A model generated the notes under the pieces. It did no database searches. It saw only the letters and a list, made by a program, of their open reading frames with translations, and was not told where the DNA came from. From Saccharolobus islandicus REY15A (GTDB lineage: Archaea > Thermoproteota > Thermoprotei_A > Sulfolobales > Sulfolobaceae): 64,000 bases of DNA. Position numbers and translations under genes: made by a program. The stretch lies in the NCBI RefSeq assembly GCF_000189555.1, contig NC_017276.1. The stretch is one strand, 5' to 3'. Shown here piece by piece: positions 61,630 through 64,000 of the stretch (position 1 is its first letter; each line of letters opens with the position of its first letter).

Positions 61630-62448
61630 ATGGTTGGTTCAGAAATTCGGATGGCTAGGTTGTTCGAGAAAGGTAGAGCATTTGTCGTGGCACTAGATCA
61701 CGGATTGGTAATGGGACCATTAAAGGGAATAGAAAACCCGATTGAAGTTGTTGCCAAAATTGCTAAGAATGGTCCAGACGCCTTGCAAATGACTCCCGCT
61801 ATGGTTAAGCTAGTTAAGGAAAATTTCTTCTCAAGAGGTTCACCCATGTTAATTGCTAGATTGGATACTGCGAATGTATGGAGGCAAAAATACAAGGTCT
61901 ATAATGAAGGTTACTATGCGAGTATTTATACAGTAAAGGACGCGATTAATATTGGGGCAGACGCTGTAGTTACGTATCTTGTAGTTGGCTATGGGAGCGA
62001 TATAGTAGAGGGGTATAATTTGAGTGCTTTGGGTTCTTTAAGGAAAGAAGCTAATGATTATGGGATACCGTTTATCATAGAACCCCTATATGTTACAAAA
62101 GATAATCCAGATTCAGTAAAAGAACTAGATCTCGTAAAGTATGTGACTAGATTAGCATCAGAAATAGGTGCTGATATCCTAAAAGTTGACTATACGGGAA
62201 GTAAGGAGTCATTTAGACAAGTCGTAAACGTGGCGTTTAGCCCGATCCTAATTAGAGGAGGTCCAAAAACCAACACCAATGAGGAATTCTTAAAGATGTT
62301 GCGAGATGCTCTAGAGGCTGGAGCTAAGGGTGTAACTGTAGGTAGGAATTTATGGCAAGCAGATGAACCAGATAAGCTAGCCAAAGCAATATCGAAGGTT
62401 GTTCATGAAAATTTAGATATTGGAGAAGCTTTAAAAATTTTGAAGTAA
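61630..62448 (+). CDS. Class I (DhnA-type) fructose-bisphosphate aldolase family
   Basis: [16 protein letters not shown] (Schiff-base Lys), RGG and GRNLWQ motifs. Confidence 0.88.
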   Translation: MVGSEIRMARLFEKGRAFVVALDHGLVMGPLKGIENPIEVVAKIAKNGPDALQMTPAMVKLVKENFFSRGSPMLIARLDTANVWRQKYKVYNEGYYASIYTVKDAINIGADAVVTYLVVGYGSDIVEGYNLSALGSLRKEANDYGIPFIIEPLYVTKDNPDSVKELDLVKYVTRLASEIGADILKVDYTGSKESFRQVVNVAFSPILIRGGPKTNTNEEFLKMLRDALEAGAKGVTVGRNLWQADEPDKLAKAISKVVHENLDIGEALKILK

Positions 62449-62452
62449 AGGC

Positions 62453-63577
62453 TTGTTTATGCAATTAAAATGGATAAACTTTTTCTTTTATTTGGCATTG
62501 GTCGTGCTTATTTCAGTATATACTTATGAAACAATAATTACGTTTTCGTCCATTAACTCCTATATAGGAGATGAGGTATGGTACCCTACCGCTGCCTATA
62601 ACATGTTAAAATTGGTCTTTCATGTAACTCCTCCACCAATGATAAGTATAGGGTATCCGAATGAGCAGAATATTCAAACGTATATTAACCCAGAGCATCC
62701 TCCTTTAGCTAAGTACATTATGGCAGTTTTCATCTACTTTATGGGGTACTATCCAATAGCCTGGAGATTACCAAGTTGGATTCTAGGCGATTTAATGCTT
62801 ATAGTAGGTTATTTTCTTGCTAAAAAAATGGTCGGGAATGGAATTTTAGGTAACCTTGCCGGAATACTTTCTAGTCTTCTCATTGCATTAGATCCTAATG
62901 TGTGGTCTCTTCACGGGATAGGACTTCTTGAAATTTACGTATCCTTCTTTAGTCTATTATCTCTTTATTTTCTATTAAACGATAAACCATTATGGGCTAG
63001 TTTAGCGTTAGCGTTGGCTATGTTGTCAAAGGAATCAGCTTATGTTCTAATATTTCCGTTTCTATACTATTTAGGGGAAATTTCAAATAATGTTAAGAAA
63101 AGAGCAATCTATGGTATAGGATTACCAGTTTTGATTTATGTTTTGTTCTCTACACCGTTAATAGCTTATTATGGTGGAGTCAAAGCATGGCTAGACGATA
63201 CTGTGATCCATAGCGCGTCATGGGACATTACTAATGGTCATATTACATTAACTGCAACTTCTCAAATTTCAACGCCATGGGATTGGTTTTTAAATATTCA
63301 TTCTTTCTACCTTGGTTACAACTTATACGCCAATACTAATCCTTATGTCTTAATACTATGGATAATCACAACTCCACTCGCTTTTATATTTAGGGACAGC
63401 AAGATGATAACCACTACAATGTGGGCTTGGACTATGTGGATAGGATTTGTAATTGTGTATTTCCTAGGAAATCACACTCTCTTCAGTTTTTACGTAACCG
63501 ATTTCATGCCAGTAGCTGATACGTACGTAGTAGTGTCATTATTTAGACTAGTTAAAAAGATAAATATTCTAAAGTAA
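62453..63577 (+). CDS. GT39/PMT-like polyprenol-phosphate-mannose:protein mannosyltransferase (GT-C)
   Basis: Loop-1 acidic pair [27 protein letters not shown] and PWDW motifs; multi-TM. Confidence 0.8.
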   Translation: MFMQLKWINFFFYLALVVLISVYTYETIITFSSINSYIGDEVWYPTAAYNMLKLVFHVTPPPMISIGYPNEQNIQTYINPEHPPLAKYIMAVFIYFMGYYPIAWRLPSWILGDLMLIVGYFLAKKMVGNGILGNLAGILSSLLIALDPNVWSLHGIGLLEIYVSFFSLLSLYFLLNDKPLWASLALALAMLSKESAYVLIFPFLYYLGEISNNVKKRAIYGIGLPVLIYVLFSTPLIAYYGGVKAWLDDTVIHSASWDITNGHITLTATSQISTPWDWFLNIHSFYLGYNLYANTNPYVLILWIITTPLAFIFRDSKMITTTMWAWTMWIGFVIVYFLGNHTLFSFYVTDFMPVADTYVVVSLFRLVKKINILK

Positions 63578-63635
63578 TTTTTTACCTATATAAGGGAAAG
63601 AGTTTAAATAATAGTCGTAGAAAAGTGATTTTCGG

Positions 63636-64000
63636 ATGAGTACTTCGTCACTCAGCAAAGCTCAACAAAGCCAAGAACCAAAAAGACATTTAGGCTTTAT
63701 TGATATCGTTTTCCTTTCAATGGGTTCTCAAGCACCCTTTCTGAGTATTCTGACATATGGTGTAGAGGCGTTTATTATTGCCGGCTTCTTAGCTCCAATA
63801 GCTATTATCTTAGGTACCCTACTAGTCTTATTAAATGGATTTGTAGTTTATGAACTTTCAAAGAGATTTACCAAAGCTGGTGGTTATTATACATACGCAT
63901 TCTATTCTTTAACAAAGCGTTTAGGTTTCGAGACTGGATGGCTCTATGTACTGTATTCAACTACATACGGTGTTGCATATGTTTTTGGAACTACGTACAT
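63636..64000 (+). CDS. APC family amino acid permease, N-terminal part (truncated by the window edge; not in the ORF track)
   Basis: Manual translation [34 protein letters not shown]...[17 protein letters not shown]...LGFETGW. Confidence 0.88.
   Translation, partial: MSTSSLSKAQQSQEPKRHLGFIDIVFLSMGSQAPFLSILTYGVEAFIIAGFLAPIAIILGTLLVLLNGFVVYELSKRFTKAGGYYTYAFYSLTKRLGFETGWLYVLYSTTYGVAYVFGTTY

Noticed and set aside
767-62384. Numerous short ORFs (60-150 aa) in the track lying antisense to or inside longer genes (e.g. 767-964, 1610-1810, 15504-15884, 17993-18451, 40585-40992, 59603-59914)
   Set aside because: They are shadows of well-supported genes on the other strand or frame, with Ser/Leu/Ile-rich composition and no motifs.

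Overview
AT-rich, gene-dense archaeal chromosomal window from a Sulfolobales genome. Several proteins match Saccharolobus (Sulfolobus) solfataricus/islandicus proteins as I recall them, and the gene order resembles SSO0050 down to SSO0001 and on into the SSO32xx region; this is from memory, not a database search. It is mostly core genome: the doxBCE(F) haem-copper quinol oxidase, segAB/segC chromosome segregation, purT, moaB, a Hrq/SftH helicase, GAT-QueC, a TRIC channel, a large repeat-containing surface protein, pepQ, two HDAC-family deacetylases, thiD/thiN, a solo cas4, cbiB/cobS/cbiP, guaAB, htpX and a class I aldolase. Features missing from the ORF track: two small DNA-binding protein genes (Sso7c4 at 2145-2309 and a Sul7s-like wHTH at 31006-31185), two box C/D sRNA candidates (one antisense to the end of segC), a decayed IS5-family (ISC1058-like) element with imperfect TIRs and a perfect 9-bp target duplication, and a partial amino-acid permease at the right edge. 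No CRISPR array, tRNA or rRNA was seen. The best candidate for an undescribed system is a miniature (282 aa) TnpB/Cas12-like RuvC protein with all three catalytic motifs intact. It has no transposase, no IS ends that I could see and no downstream room for a cis omegaRNA, and it ends a co-oriented housekeeping run that also contains the solo Cas4 and an RNase Z-like hydrolase. Other leads are a CBS-HPF ribosome hibernation factor, a PMT-like mannosyltransferase operon, a HipA-like kinase facing a small wHTH gene, and a TusA-like/GAT-QueC/TSUP operon.
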